A DNA stretch of 64,000 nucleotides from Escherichia coli (GCF_029227855.1 NZ_CP074356.1), one strand, 5' to 3'; shown: positions 1 to 11,285, numbered from the stretch's first letter. Translations and numbers: made by a program. The notes: generated by a model from the letters alone, not told the origin.

Positions 1-766
1 TTTTTAAGCCGCGAGACGCATAGGATGACGCGAGAAATCCTTTTGACCACGGGGTGTCATCGCCATCGGTGAAAACAGGTTCTGTACCATAGACAGAAAT
101 TGTTTCGGCGTAACAGGTGTGGCCTAACATACCGAGTTTCAGTTCGGTGGCTTCTTCCAGTGAACACTGGGTCAAGACGCCCGGACGTCCCACCTGTGAG
201 CCGACCAGCAGGGCGATGGCGTTGAACGGGGCATAGCGAGCAACGGCAACGGTGGTTTCCTGTTCATCAAACCCGCGCCATGCGCCTTCAGCTGCGTCGG
301 CGGCAATTTGTACCGGGTTATCTTTGACGTTGGTGACGTGAGCCTGTTGTGATGGTGTTCGACGGGCGCGCATTTTCTGCATCGCCATCATCATCTCTAC
401 CACGTTCATCTGCGAAACAACTTCGACGATTTTTGCAGGCGTCATTGCTGTGGTAAGGGGAACGATATCGCTACGTTTGACATTTGGATCGCACAACATA
501 TTGGCAAGTTTTACCGAATCCATCGCGATGACTTCTTCTGCACGCGCGAGATTGATGCCGTAGCGGGCGATAAAGTGGTCGATCAGGTCAAACTGGCTGG
601 CGGGTTTTCCATCCAGTTCGGTAACGACGCCGTTAACAATTTTGATTGACGGTTTAGGATCGTTCGGGCTTTCCATCGCAATGAAGCCTTCTTCAATCCA
701 CTCTTTAACGAAACCGTCCTGGTTGACCGGGCGTTTTGCCAGTGCTTCAAATCTTTTCGATCTCAT
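1..766 (-). CDS. pduC: B12-dependent propanediol (diol) dehydratase large subunit, N-terminal part; truncated by window edge
   Basis: Minus-strand frame open to position 1; predicted N-terminus MRSKRFEALAKRPVNQDGFVKEWIEEGFIAMESPNDP from ATG at about 764-766; lies directly downstream of pduA-pduB. Confidence 0.85.
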   Translation of the reverse strand, partial: MRSKRFEALAKRPVNQDGFVKEWIEEGFIAMESPNDPKPSIKIVNGVVTELDGKPASQFDLIDHFIARYGINLARAEEVIAMDSVKLANMLCDPNVKRSDIVPLTTAMTPAKIVEVVSQMNVVEMMMAMQKMRARRTPSQQAHVTNVKDNPVQIAADAAEGAWRGFDEQETTVAVARYAPFNAIALLVGSQVGRPGVLTQCSLEEATELKLGMLGHTCYAETISVYGTEPVFTDGDDTPWSKGFLASSYASRGLK

Positions 767-784
767 AAATCTGCCTCAGAGAAT

Positions 785-1597
785 TCAGATGTAGGAAGGG
801 CGATCGTTTTTCGGTGTATCGCCGAGAGTCGAAAGCACGGTTTTACCGATTTCGCGTGCGGAGATGACCGCCTGGCGGACTGCGCCGGAGTCACCCGAGA
901 TAATCAGAATGACTTCATTGCTGTAGCTGGTGCCTTGAGCGGGGGAGCTGTATGCCACAACATCCACATTGGCGGACTTCAGCGCGGTGTCTGCCATCAG
1001 AACACCCACAGCAGCCGGAGCGCCGACAATAACGCCGCAAGCCCGTCCCAATGGTGCACCAAACGCTTTTTCCAGTGCATAGCTGGCGCGGGCGGTATAT
1101 TGCAGCTCAAGATGTCCGGCTTCGTTGGCATAGACATCGCCAAAGGTTCGATCGAGTTCTTTCAGGGCAACTTCAATACCGCGTTTCACGTCGGAAACAT
1201 CGTTGCCACCTAAGAGGATCAATGAGCCGTGTCCGGCACCGCCTTTAGTATCGCGAGGAAGTTCAATGCTAATAACTTCAGTGTTGGTGGCTTTTACCGC
1301 TTCATCAGCGGCCATAATGTGTGGACCTGCGCCAATACGCGCACCCAGAATGCCAATGGAACGATAGCGTTTTTCAAGTTTCATTGCGTCCAACAGGGCG
1401 CTATCAACGTTCGCAATGACCAGACCTACAGTGTCGCCAATAGCGGTGCCAACAAATTCTGTTAATGTGCAGCTTTTTTCTGCCATAGCCGTCTCTCGTA
1501 TTTGATGAGTGGTTTTCGGGAGAACCTCATGCTCTGGCGTCGCTACGCGAGCGATGACCTGCGCCATGATCTGTTCGACCAGTTCATTGCTGCTCAT
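785..1597 (-). CDS. pduB: Bacterial microcompartment shell protein PduB (tandem BMC domains)
   Basis: 270-aa ORF in track; 4-nt overlap with pduA stop; length and sequence typical of PduB. Confidence 0.9.
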   Translation of the reverse strand: MSSNELVEQIMAQVIARVATPEHEVLPKTTHQIRETAMAEKSCTLTEFVGTAIGDTVGLVIANVDSALLDAMKLEKRYRSIGILGARIGAGPHIMAADEAVKATNTEVISIELPRDTKGGAGHGSLILLGGNDVSDVKRGIEVALKELDRTFGDVYANEAGHLELQYTARASYALEKAFGAPLGRACGVIVGAPAAVGVLMADTALKSANVDVVAYSSPAQGTSYSNEVILIISGDSGAVRQAVISAREIGKTVLSTLGDTPKNDRPSYI

Positions 1598-1878
1598 GGG
1601 TTAATTCCCTTTGGTAAGATTTTTTCGACATCGGTATGTGGGCGGGGAATAACATGTACGGCTTTTACTTCGCCGACGTTACGCGCAGCTGCGGCACCTG
1701 CGTCTGTTGCCGCTTTTACCGCCCCGACATCACCACGAACGATGACGGTCACCAGCCCGGAACCTATTTTTTCGTAGCCGACCAGCAAAACATTTGCCGA
1801 CTTCACCATGGCGTCTGCGGCCTCTATGGCGGCAGTTAAGCCTTTGGTTTCTACCATTCCTAACGCTTCTTGTTGCAT
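1594..1878 (-). CDS. pduA: Bacterial microcompartment shell protein PduA (BMC-H)
   Basis: 94-aa ORF with canonical BMC motif ([23 protein letters not shown]...GDVGAVKAA). Confidence 0.9.
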   Translation of the reverse strand: MQQEALGMVETKGLTAAIEAADAMVKSANVLLVGYEKIGSGLVTVIVRGDVGAVKAATDAGAAAARNVGEVKAVHVIPRPHTDVEKILPKGINP

Positions 1879-2389
1879 AAAGACCTCGCCTGGATTTTTT
1901 TGACGATATGACTATAAAAAAAAGCGAGGAAAAAGAATGGCTGACTTAATCGGCTAATGAGAAAAATTAATAGAGAACAAATATTATAAAATTGCTTTTA
2001 TGAACTATATGTTGTTAATTTATTAGTTGTTTTGTGGATATTTCAATGTGAATTAATTGCGTTGGCTAGTGAGTTTAATCGCGAGTAATATTTCGTTGAG
2101 TTTAGTTCGAGGAAGGAACTGTGATATTTGTTTCAATTTTATTATATCATGATGGCAATTTTTTATTGTGAAAGTTTGACAGTAATTATTACTTTCAACA
2201 CTGATTAACGCTGTGTTGCATGATTCGGCAATGACAATAATTTGTTATGTTAGCACGATTTTTACACGAGTCTGTCATGCATGTTGGCAATATTTTCTGC
2301 AGAGCAATTTTTTATAGTTGCGCTCGGTATACACAACAATCAGCGCGTAGTTGGCTGATAAAGAAAAACTCCGTAAAGAAGGTGTCACT
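1879..2389. promoter_or_regulatory. AT-rich divergent control region between pduA and pduF-pocR
   Basis: About 500 bp of AT-rich non-coding DNA between divergently oriented operons; no ORF. Individual promoters and binding sites not resolved. Confidence 0.4.
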
Positions 2390-3199
2390 ATGAATGATTC
2401 ACTCAAGGCGCAATGCGTTGCCGAGTTTTTAGGCACCGGACTGTTCCTCTTTTTTGGCATTGGTTGTTTGTGCGCCCTGAAAGTTGCCGGGGCAAGTCTG
2501 GGACTGTGGGAAATTTGTATCATTTGGGGGTTAGGGATTTCGCTTGCTGTTTACCTTACGGCAGGTATTTCCGGCGCTCATCTCAACCCGGCAGTTACCA
2601 TTGCTCTGTGGCTGTTTGCCTCTTTCCCAGCCCGTAAAGTGCTGCCATTTTGTGTGGCGCAATTAGCGGGTGCTTTTGGTGGTGCGATTCTGGCATATTC
2701 TCTCTACAGCAGTTTATTTACCGATTTTGAATCTGCTCACAATATGGTGCGTGGTAGCGCAGAAAGTTTACAACTCGCCAGTATCTTCAGTACTTATCCG
2801 GCAGCGGCGATTAATGTATGGCAAGCTGCGTTGGTCGAAGTGGTCATAACGTCCATGTTAATGGGGTTGATTATGGCGTTGACCGATGACGGTAATGGCG
2901 TACCCAAAGGACCACTTGCGCCTTTACTTATTGGTATTCTGGTTGCTGTTATTGGTGCTTCTACCGGACCATTAACCGGTTTTGCCATGAATCCAGCGCG
3001 TGATTTTGGACCTAAGATTTTCACCTGGCTTGCGGGGTGGGGAGAAATTGCGATGACTGGTGGACGCAATATTCCTTATTTCATTGTACCCATTATTGCA
3101 CCGATCATTGGGGCATGTGTTGGTGCGGCGATTTATCGCTATCTCATTGCAAAGAATTTACCTGTCAATAGTGTAGCGCCTAAAGAAATTAGCGAATAA
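2390..3199 (+). CDS. pduF: Propanediol diffusion facilitator (MIP/GlpF-family channel)
   Basis: Track ORF 2351-3199 starts at TTG; ATG at 2390 gives MNDSLKAQCVAEFLGTGLF...; NPA motifs (HLNPAVT, NPARD) typical of aquaglyceroporins. Confidence 0.85.
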   Translation: MNDSLKAQCVAEFLGTGLFLFFGIGCLCALKVAGASLGLWEICIIWGLGISLAVYLTAGISGAHLNPAVTIALWLFASFPARKVLPFCVAQLAGAFGGAILAYSLYSSLFTDFESAHNMVRGSAESLQLASIFSTYPAAAINVWQAALVEVVITSMLMGLIMALTDDGNGVPKGPLAPLLIGILVAVIGASTGPLTGFAMNPARDFGPKIFTWLAGWGEIAMTGGRNIPYFIVPIIAPIIGACVGAAIYRYLIAKNLPVNSVAPKEISE

Positions 3200-3401
3200 C
3201 GAAATAATCTGGCAGTTATAAACGTTTATTTTTTTACTGTTTGTGATCTGCTTTCCGAACTTATTAAAAAGTCTCCCGCTTCATGGAGGCTTTTGTTATT
3301 GTCCTTTGTGCTTCTCGTCAGTAAATCATCAGGGATGATGTGAAGATTAAATGTAAAACAATTGTTTTGCTATAACAATAAATTAACTGGGAGGTTTTAT
3401 C

Positions 3402-4316
3402 ATGATTTCTGCGGCGACACTTAATTCAGAACTCATTAATAAAATCGCGCAGGATTTTGCGCAGGCGACCAGCCTTGCGGTTGTCGTGGTCAATATTCAC
3501 GGCGATGAAATTTCCGAGCTGTTTAACTTCACTCCATTTTGTCAGATGATGCGGCAACACCCTCAGCTAAGCACTCGATGTCGCATGAGCGATCGTTGTG
3601 GGGGCCTGGAAGCCTCTAAATCCGATCAGCCTTGTATTTATCGCTGTCATGCCGGATTAACCGATTTCTCTATTCCACTGGTAATCGCCGGGCATTTAGT
3701 CGGTTTTGTATTGTGCGGGCAAGTTCGTCTGCGTAATGATGATGTCGATTTGGTCGATATTCTGAATGTCGATGATTGCTGGCAGGCAGATCCCGAATTA
3801 CTTAATGAATTCCGCAAAGTTCCTGAGATGGATTACTCAAGAGTTATGGCCTCTGCTGATTTGTTGAAGTTGATTGTGGAAAATTGCCTCAAAAAACAAC
3901 TCAATTTTGTGGTTATTAAAGAGAACAAATTTCAGTCAGATTCGGTGCGCCAGACTCGTGCGCCTAATCCCCACGACAATAAAATGAAAAAAGCTTTACG
4001 CTATATTGATGCGCATTTATCAGACGATTTGCGTCTGGAAGATGTCGCCTCGCACGTTTATCTAAGTCCTTATTATTTCAGTAAGTTATTCAAGAAATAC
4101 CATGGAATCGGTTTTAATGCGTGGGTAAACCAACAACGGATGGCCAGCGCTCGTGAGTTACTGTGCCATAGTGACTGGAGCATCGCCAGTATTGCGCGTA
4201 ATTTAGGTTTTTCGCAAACCAGTTATTTTTGCAAAGTTTTCCGTCAGACTTATCAGGTTACGCCGCAGGTGTATCGACAGCAAGTGAGTGAAAATGCGGT
4301 GATGGAAACGGTATAG
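3402..4316 (+). CDS. pocR: AraC-family regulator of pdu/cob regulon
   Basis: 304-aa ORF; C-terminal AraC-type HTH (YLSPYYFSKLFKK...); position downstream of pduF as in Salmonella. Confidence 0.9.
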   Translation: MISAATLNSELINKIAQDFAQATSLAVVVVNIHGDEISELFNFTPFCQMMRQHPQLSTRCRMSDRCGGLEASKSDQPCIYRCHAGLTDFSIPLVIAGHLVGFVLCGQVRLRNDDVDLVDILNVDDCWQADPELLNEFRKVPEMDYSRVMASADLLKLIVENCLKKQLNFVVIKENKFQSDSVRQTRAPNPHDNKMKKALRYIDAHLSDDLRLEDVASHVYLSPYYFSKLFKKYHGIGFNAWVNQQRMASARELLCHSDWSIASIARNLGFSQTSYFCKVFRQTYQVTPQVYRQQVSENAVMETV

Positions 4317-4419
4317 AGTAAATGCCCCAAAAAAAGAGGACGGTTTAAATAAACTCTGCAATGAATAATTAACGTTATTTACCTGTTATGGGAAAAGTGA
4401 AATCAGCTCATAACATACG

Positions 4420-4700
4420 CTGACAGGTGTGGCACATTTGTGCCTGGGAAGAGGGTGAAAATCCCTCGCAGCCCCCGCTGCTGTAATGCTGACAAACCCG
4501 AAAATGCCACTGATCGCGAGATTGGGAAGGTCGGGAGAGGATGACGCTAAGCCAGAAGACCAGCCAGTCAGTCAATACCAACAACTTCGGTGGGAAGTGG
4601 GTTGCCCGGAAGCGTCCGGTAGAGTACCGGCGCGTCTTTATACCCCTACCACCCTGAAAGGATCAGGGTATGGCGGCATCATTTAGTTCTTTCATCGCAG
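4420..4700 (+). promoter_or_regulatory. Cobalamin (B12) riboswitch-like leader
   Basis: Conserved motifs GGTGAAAATCCC...GCAGCCCCCGCTGCTGTAA and a B12-box-like element AAGCCAGAAGACCAGCC, upstream of ORF 4801-5238 and cobUST. Confidence 0.6.
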
Positions 4701-4800
4701 TGCCGACAGGCACCAGGGCTGCACTTAAGGTGTGGCAATCTTGTTTCATGGCTCATCAACCAGACCGCCATTACAGGAAACTAAGTGGAGGGCGAGAGGC

Positions 4801-5238
4801 ATGAAAACGATAAAACCCGAATCGATAGCTCTTTTTTGCCTCTTATCTGGAGATGTGGATCTGGCGAAACATTTGGCTGAAATATTGCCAATAACTTGTT
4901 TTGTTGGTGAGGACTGGCAGCAAGATTTCCAGCCTCTTGACGGTGGGCCTGTGCAATCGTTATCAGATGTGTATGGCGATTATTCAGTGCTGCTATTGAT
5001 AGCAGCTGAAAGCGAGATATCCGTACCAGAATGGCTCGCTCATTCTGAAGGAACGACGGTAATTGTGATTGCAGAACACAATACCCGTTTGCTGACTGGT
5101 CCGGCTGGTGGGGCTGTAGCATTGATCCATTATCTGAATGAAATCTGTCATTCCAGAGAAACCGCTGTCAATGACGCATTTTGTCGTACGTTAACACGAG
5201 GAAGTCTGGCTATTCCGCAATGCCATCTTCTTTCGTAA
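4801..5238 (+). CDS. Hypothetical protein (145 aa) downstream of riboswitch-like leader
   Basis: ATG at 4801 preceded by GGAGG-like RBS (track ORF 4732-5238 starts at GTG); no family recognised by eye. Confidence 0.45.
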   Translation: MKTIKPESIALFCLLSGDVDLAKHLAEILPITCFVGEDWQQDFQPLDGGPVQSLSDVYGDYSVLLLIAAESEISVPEWLAHSEGTTVIVIAEHNTRLLTGPAGGAVALIHYLNEICHSRETAVNDAFCRTLTRGSLAIPQCHLLS

Positions 5239-5371
5239 TGGATTGAGAATGCTGGATTTTTAATTATATTACGCGCAGTATTAATCGCGTAAATGTTTTG
5301 CGGTCAGCAACGGTGGGGGATCCATTGTTCTGTTCAATGAATACCATCATACAATTGAATCAGGAGTCGGT

Positions 5372-5917
5372 ATGATGATTTTGGTGACAGGTGGAGCACG
5401 GAGCGGGAAGAGTCGCCACGCAGAGGCGCTTATTGGGGACTCTTCACAGGTTCTGTATATCGCCACCTCGCAAATCCTTGATGATGAGATGGCTGCACGG
5501 ATAGAACATCATCGGCAAGGCCGCCCGGCGCACTGGCGCACGGTGGAGCGCTGGCAACATCTTGATGAATTAATTCATGCAGACATTAACCCGCATGAAG
5601 CTGTGTTGCTGGAATGCGTTACAACAATGGTGACTAATCTGTTGTTTGATTATGGCGGCGATAAAGACCCTGATGAATGGGATTATCAGGCGATGGAACA
5701 GGCGATTAATGCTGAGATTCAGTCGTTGATTGCTGCCTGCCAACGTTGCCCCGCGAAGATTGTATTAGTGACTAACGAAGTGGGAATGGGGATTGTGCCG
5801 GAGAGTCGTCTGGCACGACATTTTCGTGATATTGCCGGGCGGGTAAATCAGCAGCTGGCCGCTGCGGCAAATGAAGTGTGGCTGGTGGTTTCGGGTATTG
5901 GAGTAAAAATCAAATGA
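5372..5917 (+). CDS. cobU: Adenosylcobinamide kinase / adenosylcobinamide-phosphate guanylyltransferase
   Basis: 181-aa ORF with P-loop GGARSGKS; overlaps cobS start. Confidence 0.9.
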   Translation: MMILVTGGARSGKSRHAEALIGDSSQVLYIATSQILDDEMAARIEHHRQGRPAHWRTVERWQHLDELIHADINPHEAVLLECVTTMVTNLLFDYGGDKDPDEWDYQAMEQAINAEIQSLIAACQRCPAKIVLVTNEVGMGIVPESRLARHFRDIAGRVNQQLAAAANEVWLVVSGIGVKIK

Positions 5918-6657
5918 GTAAATTATTTTGGGCGATGCTCTCTTTTATTACGCGTCTGCCTGTGCCGCGTCGCTGGTCCCAGGGACTGGATTTCGAGCAT
6001 TATTCTCGCGGTATTATTACTTTTCCTTTAATTGGTTTATTGCTTGGCGCGATTAGCGGGCTGGTCTTCATGGCGTTGCAGGCATGGTTTGGCGTACCAC
6101 TGGCGGCACTGTTTAGCGTGCTGGTGCTGGCGCTGATGACCGGGGGATTCCACCTGGACGGCCTCGCCGATACCTGTGATGGCGTATTTTCTGCACGTAG
6201 CCGCGATCGCATGTTGGAAATCATGCGTGATAGCCGTTTAGGCACCCACGGCGGTCTGGCATTGATTTTTGTTGTACTGGCAAAGATTCTGGTGTTAAGC
6301 GAGCTGGCTTTGCGTGGCGAACCGATCCTTGCATCGCTGGCGGCAGCATGCGCGGTCAGCCGCGGGACTGCCGCATTATTGATGTATCGTCATCGTTATG
6401 CCCGGGAAGAAGGACTTGGCAATGTGTTCATTGGCAAAATTGATGGGCGACAAACCTGCGTCACACTCGGCTTAGCCGCTATTTTTGCTGCCGTATTATT
6501 GCCGGGTATGCATGGTGTGGCTGCTATGGTGGTGACGATGGTGGCGATTTTCATCCTCGGTCAGCTTCTCAAACGTACGCTGGGCGGGCAAACCGGCGAT
6601 ACGCTGGGAGCAGCCATAGAGCTTGGTGAACTGGTCTTCCTGCTGGCACTGCTATAA
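5914..6657 (+). CDS. cobS: Cobalamin (5'-phosphate) synthase
   Basis: Integral membrane protein; internal ATG at 5914 ([16 protein letters not shown]...) gives 247 aa; ATGA overlap with cobU. Confidence 0.9.
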   Translation: MSKLFWAMLSFITRLPVPRRWSQGLDFEHYSRGIITFPLIGLLLGAISGLVFMALQAWFGVPLAALFSVLVLALMTGGFHLDGLADTCDGVFSARSRDRMLEIMRDSRLGTHGGLALIFVVLAKILVLSELALRGEPILASLAAACAVSRGTAALLMYRHRYAREEGLGNVFIGKIDGRQTCVTLGLAAIFAAVLLPGMHGVAAMVVTMVAIFILGQLLKRTLGGQTGDTLGAAIELGELVFLLALL

Positions 6658-6668
6658 AGAGACGTGAC

Positions 6669-7748
6669 ATGCAAATACTTGCCGATTTACTGAATACGAT
6701 CCCAGCCATCGATCCTACCGCTATGTCGCGTGCACAACGGCATATTGACGGGTTACTCAAACCTGTTGGTAGCCTGGGAAAGCTGGAGGCGCTTGCCATA
6801 CAACTGGCGGGAATGCCGGGGTTGAATGGCATACCGCATGTGGGCAAAAAAGCGGTACTGGTTATGTGTGCCGATCACGGCGTCTGGGAGGAAGGGGTCG
6901 CTATTTCCCCAAAAGAAGTGACAGCCATTCAGGCTGAAAATATGACCCGCGGAACAACCGGCCTGTGTGTGCTGGCAGCACAAGCGGGCGCTAACGTCCA
7001 CGTAATTGATGTTGGTATTGATACTGCTGAGCCTATCCCCGGGCTTATCAACATGCGTGTCGCACGAGGTAGCGGCAATATTGCTTCAGCTCCGGCAATG
7101 AGTCGCCGTCAGGCTGAAAAGTTGTTTTTGGACGTCATATGTTATACGCGGGAGCTGGCAAAAAACGGTGTCACGCTGTTTGGTGTAGGTGAACTGGGGA
7201 TGGCAAACACGACACCGGCAGCGGCAATAGTCAGCACAATCACTGGCCGGGATCCTGAAGAAGTGGTTGGGATTGGCGCAAACCTGCCGACAGATAAACT
7301 GGCTAATAAAATTGATGTTGTGCGTCGGGCGATTACGTTGAATCAACCAAATCCTCAGGATGGTGTTGATGTCCTGGCAAAAGTGGGTGGATTTGATTTG
7401 GTCGGAATAGCTGGAGTGATGTTAGGTGCTGCTTCCTGCGGTTTACCCGTGTTGCTGGATGGATTTCTTTCTTATGCTGCTGCGCTCGCAGCCTGCCAGA
7501 TGTCTCCTGCAATCAAACCGTATCTCATTCCTTCTCACTTGTCGGCAGAAAAAGGCGCGCGTATAGCGCTGTCGCATTTGGGGCTGGAGCCTTATCTCAA
7601 TATGGATATGCGTTTAGGTGAGGGGAGTGGTGCAGCTCTGGCGATGCCCATCATCGAAGCTGCTTGTGCGATATACAACAACATGGGCGAACTTGCTGCC
7701 AGTAATATTGTTCTACCGGGGAATACGACTTCTGATTTGAACAGTTAA
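6669..7748 (+). CDS. cobT: Nicotinate-nucleotide--dimethylbenzimidazole phosphoribosyltransferase
   Basis: 359-aa ORF; cobU-cobS-cobT order. Confidence 0.9.
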   Translation: MQILADLLNTIPAIDPTAMSRAQRHIDGLLKPVGSLGKLEALAIQLAGMPGLNGIPHVGKKAVLVMCADHGVWEEGVAISPKEVTAIQAENMTRGTTGLCVLAAQAGANVHVIDVGIDTAEPIPGLINMRVARGSGNIASAPAMSRRQAEKLFLDVICYTRELAKNGVTLFGVGELGMANTTPAAAIVSTITGRDPEEVVGIGANLPTDKLANKIDVVRRAITLNQPNPQDGVDVLAKVGGFDLVGIAGVMLGAASCGLPVLLDGFLSYAAALAACQMSPAIKPYLIPSHLSAEKGARIALSHLGLEPYLNMDMRLGEGSGAALAMPIIEAACAIYNNMGELAASNIVLPGNTTSDLNS

Positions 7749-7809
7749 AAACGAAAAGTCTGATAAAAGCTATACTTAACCGATAGCTTTCGCGACTTAG
7801 GAAAGGGAC

Positions 7810-8745
7810 ATGATGCGTCGTGTAAATATTTTTTGCTCATTTGCTCTACTTTTTGCCAGCCATAATAGCCTGGCGGTAACTTATCCATTACCTCCAGAGG
7901 GTAGCCGTTTAGTGGGACAGTCGCTTACTGTAACTGTTCCTGATCACAATACCCAGCCGCTGGAGACTTTTGCCGCACAATACGGGCAAGGGTTAAGTAA
8001 CATGCTGGAAGCGAATCCGGGCGCTGATATTTTCTTGCCGAAGTCAGGCTCGCAACTCACCATTCCGCAGCAACTGATTTTGCCCGCCACTATTCGTAAA
8101 GGGATTGTGGTTAACGTCGCTGAGATGCGTCTTTATTACTACCCACCAGACAGTAATTCTGTGGAAGTCTTTCCTATTGGTATCGGCCAGGCTGGGCGAG
8201 AAACCCCGCGTAACTGGGTGACTACCGTTGAACGTAAACAAGAAGCACCAACCTGGACGCCAACGCCGAACACCCGGCGCGAATATGCGAAACGAGGGGA
8301 GAGTTTGCCCGCATTTGTTCCTGCGGGGCCTGATAATCCCATGGGGCTGTATGCGATTTATATTGGCAGGCTATATGCCATCCACGGTACCAATGCCAAT
8401 TTTGGTATTGGGCTCCGGGTAAGTCAGGGCTGTATTCGTCTGCGCAATGACGATATCAAATATCTGTTTGATAATGTTCCTGTAGGTACTCGTGTACAAA
8501 TTATTGATCAGCCAGTGAAATACACAACGGAACCGGATGGATCAAAGTGGCTGGAAGTTCATGAGCCGCTGTCGCGCAATCGTGCTGAATATGAGTCTGA
8601 CCGAAAAGTGCCATTGCCGGTAACCCCATCTTTGCGGGCGTTTATCAACGGGCAAGAAGTTGATGTGAATCGCGCAAATGCTGCGTTGCAACGTCGATCG
8701 GGAATGCCTGTGCAAATTAGTTCTGGTTCAAGACAGATGTTTTAA
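7810..8745 (+). CDS. ldtA: L,D-transpeptidase (YkuD/ErfK domain)
   Basis: 311-aa ORF with signal peptide and catalytic motif [20 protein letters not shown]. Confidence 0.85.
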   Translation: MMRRVNIFCSFALLFASHNSLAVTYPLPPEGSRLVGQSLTVTVPDHNTQPLETFAAQYGQGLSNMLEANPGADIFLPKSGSQLTIPQQLILPATIRKGIVVNVAEMRLYYYPPDSNSVEVFPIGIGQAGRETPRNWVTTVERKQEAPTWTPTPNTRREYAKRGESLPAFVPAGPDNPMGLYAIYIGRLYAIHGTNANFGIGLRVSQGCIRLRNDDIKYLFDNVPVGTRVQIIDQPVKYTTEPDGSKWLEVHEPLSRNRAEYESDRKVPLPVTPSLRAFINGQEVDVNRANAALQRRSGMPVQISSGSRQMF

Positions 8746-8764
8746 GAGCGTTGGTAATTAGAAA

Positions 8765-8797
8765 GCAAAAAGCCTGCTTGAAAGCAGGCTTTTTTGA
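8765..8797 (+). terminator. Rho-independent terminator after ldtA
   Basis: Hairpin AAAGCCTGCTT-GAAA-GCAGGCTTT followed by a T run. Confidence 0.5.
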
Positions 8798-8800
8798 ATT

Positions 8801-8876
8801 TGGCTCCTCTGACTGGACTCGAACCAGTGACATACGGATTAACAGTCCGCCGTTCTACCGACTGAACTACAGAGGA
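8801..8876 (-). tRNA. asnV: tRNA-Asn (GUU)
   Basis: Reverse complement reads TCCTCTGTAGTTCAGTCGGTAGAACGGCGGACTGTTAATCCG...GAGGAGCCA; one of four identical copies in the window. Confidence 0.9.
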
Positions 8877-9131
8877 ATCGTGTGAACGGGGCGCATATTA
8901 ATGGCAGTACATGGTGATGTCAAAGGGTGAAATGCATTTTTTTGTTTGTTTGCTGTCAATTTCAACAAAGTGGTGAGCTTTCAATCTTATTGGGCAATGA
9001 ACCATCGTGGTGCATACCCTCCTTTTATGGGGCAGGGGAACGCGACTGCTGATAAAAAGAACCTATGACGAATCTATCATAATCTCTTATTTGACAGTTG
9101 GTTAGCTTGTACATCAACGCCAAAATAAAAC

Positions 9132-9147
9132 TGGCAAGCATCTTGCA
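9132..9147 (+). promoter_or_regulatory. Sigma-54 (-24/-12) promoter of nac
   Basis: TGGCAAGCATCTTGCA (GG-N10-GC) about 55 bp upstream of nac ATG. Confidence 0.5.
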
Positions 9148-9202
9148 GTCTGGTTGTAAGTAATGGCGGCACTTGGGCCGATTCTTAAAAACCGGAGGCA
9201 AC

Positions 9203-10120
9203 ATGAACTTCAGACGCCTGAAATACTTCGTAAAAATTGTAGATATTGGTAGCCTGACCCAAGCTGCTGAAGTATTGCATATCGCACAACCAGCGCTCAG
9301 TCAGCAGGTTGCCACACTGGAAGGTGAGTTAAATCAACAACTTTTGATTCGCACAAAACGGGGCGTTACGCCAACTGACGCCGGAAAAATTCTCTATACC
9401 CATGCGCGGGCCATTTTACGTCAGTGTGAGCAGGCCCAACTGGCGGTGCATAACGTTGGTCAGGCATTATCGGGGCAAGTCTCGATTGGCTTTGCGCCAG
9501 GAACCGCTGCGTCATCCATCACCATGCCCTTATTACAGGCGGTTCGCGCTGAATTCCCGGAGGTCGTTATCTATCTTCATGAAAATAGCGGTGCAGTGCT
9601 TAACGAAAAACTGATAAATCACCAACTCGATATGGCGGTGATTTATGAGCATTCCCCTGTGGCTGGTGTATCCAGTCAGGCTTTACTGAAAGAAGATCTT
9701 TTTCTGGTAGGAACCCAAGATTGCCCGGGGCAAAGCGTTGATGTTAATGCTATTGCGCAAATGAACCTCTTTCTCCCAAGTGATTACAGTGCTATTAGAC
9801 TTCGTGTTGATGAGGCTTTTTCCCTACGGCGACTCACGGCAAAAGTCATTGGTGAAATTGAGTCTATTGCCACGCTTACCGCAGCGATTGCCAGCGGCAT
9901 GGGCGTTGCAGTATTACCCGAATCGGCCGCGCGTTCGTTATGTGGCGCAGTAAATGGTTGGATGTCACGCATTACCACTCCTTCCATGAGTCTCTCTTTG
10001 TCATTAAATTTACCCGCCAGAGCGAACTTATCGCCACAGGCACAGGCAGTGAAAGAGTTGTTAATGTCAGTGATGAGTTCTCCAGTGATGGAAAAAAGGC
10101 AGTGGCAATTGGTGAGCTAA
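9203..10120 (+). CDS. nac: Nitrogen assimilation control protein (LysR family)
   Basis: Internal ATG at 9203 gives 305 aa starting MNFRRLKYFVKIVDIGSLTQAAEVLHIAQPALSQQV. Confidence 0.9.
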   Translation: MNFRRLKYFVKIVDIGSLTQAAEVLHIAQPALSQQVATLEGELNQQLLIRTKRGVTPTDAGKILYTHARAILRQCEQAQLAVHNVGQALSGQVSIGFAPGTAASSITMPLLQAVRAEFPEVVIYLHENSGAVLNEKLINHQLDMAVIYEHSPVAGVSSQALLKEDLFLVGTQDCPGQSVDVNAIAQMNLFLPSDYSAIRLRVDEAFSLRRLTAKVIGEIESIATLTAAIASGMGVAVLPESAARSLCGAVNGWMSRITTPSMSLSLSLNLPARANLSPQAQAVKELLMSVMSSPVMEKRQWQLVS

Positions 10121-10221
10121 GCGTTATATCGGGATGGAATAAGATGCGGGTTTTTATTATTTGTTATGCCGGGCATTAGACTTTAACAATAACGGGATAT
10201 CTGAACTGCCCGGAGTTTACC

Positions 10222-11172
10222 GTGAATTTCCAACAACTAAAGATAATCCGCGAGGCTGCACGTCAGGATTACAACCTGACAGAGGTTGCGAATATGCTTT
10301 TTACCTCACAGTCAGGCGTCAGCCGTCACATTCGGGAACTGGAGGATGAACTTGGCATCGAAATATTTGTTCGACGAGGTAAGCGACTGCTGGGCATGAC
10401 TGAACCGGGCAAAGCATTACTGGTCATTGCAGAACGCATTCTTAATGAAGCCAGTAATGTTCGTCGGCTTGCAGACCTGTTTACCAACGATACGTCTGGC
10501 GTTCTCACTATTGCAACGACGCATACTCAGGCACGTTATAGCTTGCCTGAGGTCATTAAAGCTTTTCGCGAACTTTTCCCGGAGGTTCGGCTGGAGCTAA
10601 TCCAGGGTACACCACAGGAAATTGCGACGTTGTTGCAAAATGGCGAAGCTGATATTGGTATCGCCAGCGAGCGTTTGAGTAATGACCCGCAGCTCGTCGC
10701 CTTCCCGTGGTTTCGTTGGCACCATAGTTTGCTTGTTCCACTCGATCATCCCTTGACGCAAATTACACCGTTGACGCTGGAATCAATAGCGAAGTGGCCG
10801 TTAATTACTTACCGACAGGGGATTACGGGGCGCTCACGTATTGATGACGCATTTGTCCGCAAAGGTTTGCTGGCAGATATTGTATTAAGTGCGCAGGATT
10901 CTGATGTCATTAAAACCTATGTTGCTCTTGGGCTGGGGATCGGATTAGTTGCCGAACAATCCAGTGGTGAACAAGAGGAAAAGAATTTAATCCGTCTGGA
11001 TACGAGGCATCTTTTCGATGCTAATACTGTCTGGTTGGGACTGAAGCGAGGGCAACTTCAACGTAACTATGTCTGGCGCTTTCTGGAACTTTGTAATGCA
11101 GGACTGTCAGTTGAGGATATCAAGCGCCAGGTGATGGAGAATAGTGAAGAGGAAATTGATTATCAGATATAG
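10222..11172 (+). CDS. cbl: CysB-like LysR-family regulator
   Basis: 316-aa ORF, LysR HTH; adjacent to nac as in E. coli. Confidence 0.9.
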   Translation: MNFQQLKIIREAARQDYNLTEVANMLFTSQSGVSRHIRELEDELGIEIFVRRGKRLLGMTEPGKALLVIAERILNEASNVRRLADLFTNDTSGVLTIATTHTQARYSLPEVIKAFRELFPEVRLELIQGTPQEIATLLQNGEADIGIASERLSNDPQLVAFPWFRWHHSLLVPLDHPLTQITPLTLESIAKWPLITYRQGITGRSRIDDAFVRKGLLADIVLSAQDSDVIKTYVALGLGIGLVAEQSSGEQEEKNLIRLDTRHLFDANTVWLGLKRGQLQRNYVWRFLELCNAGLSVEDIKRQVMENSEEEIDYQI

Positions 11173-11209
11173 CAAAAAGCCCGCTATAAAAGCGGGCTTT
11201 TCAGAAATT

Positions 11210-11285
11210 TGGCTCCTCTGACTGGACTCGAACCAGTGACATACGGATTAACAGTCCGCCGTTCTACCGACTGAACTACAGAGGA
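11210..11285 (-). tRNA. asnU: tRNA-Asn (GUU)
   Basis: Identical 76-nt tRNA-Asn sequence on minus strand; preceded by hairpin terminator 11176-11203. Confidence 0.9.

Noticed and set aside
4732-4800. GTG-initiated extension of the ORF after the riboswitch-like leader
   Set aside because: Overlaps the predicted riboswitch expression platform; ATG at 4801 has a better RBS.
4317-5371. IS5 or other insertion sequence upstream of cobU
   Set aside because: No transposase ORF or terminal inverted repeats seen; the interval holds the riboswitch-like leader and a non-transposase ORF.
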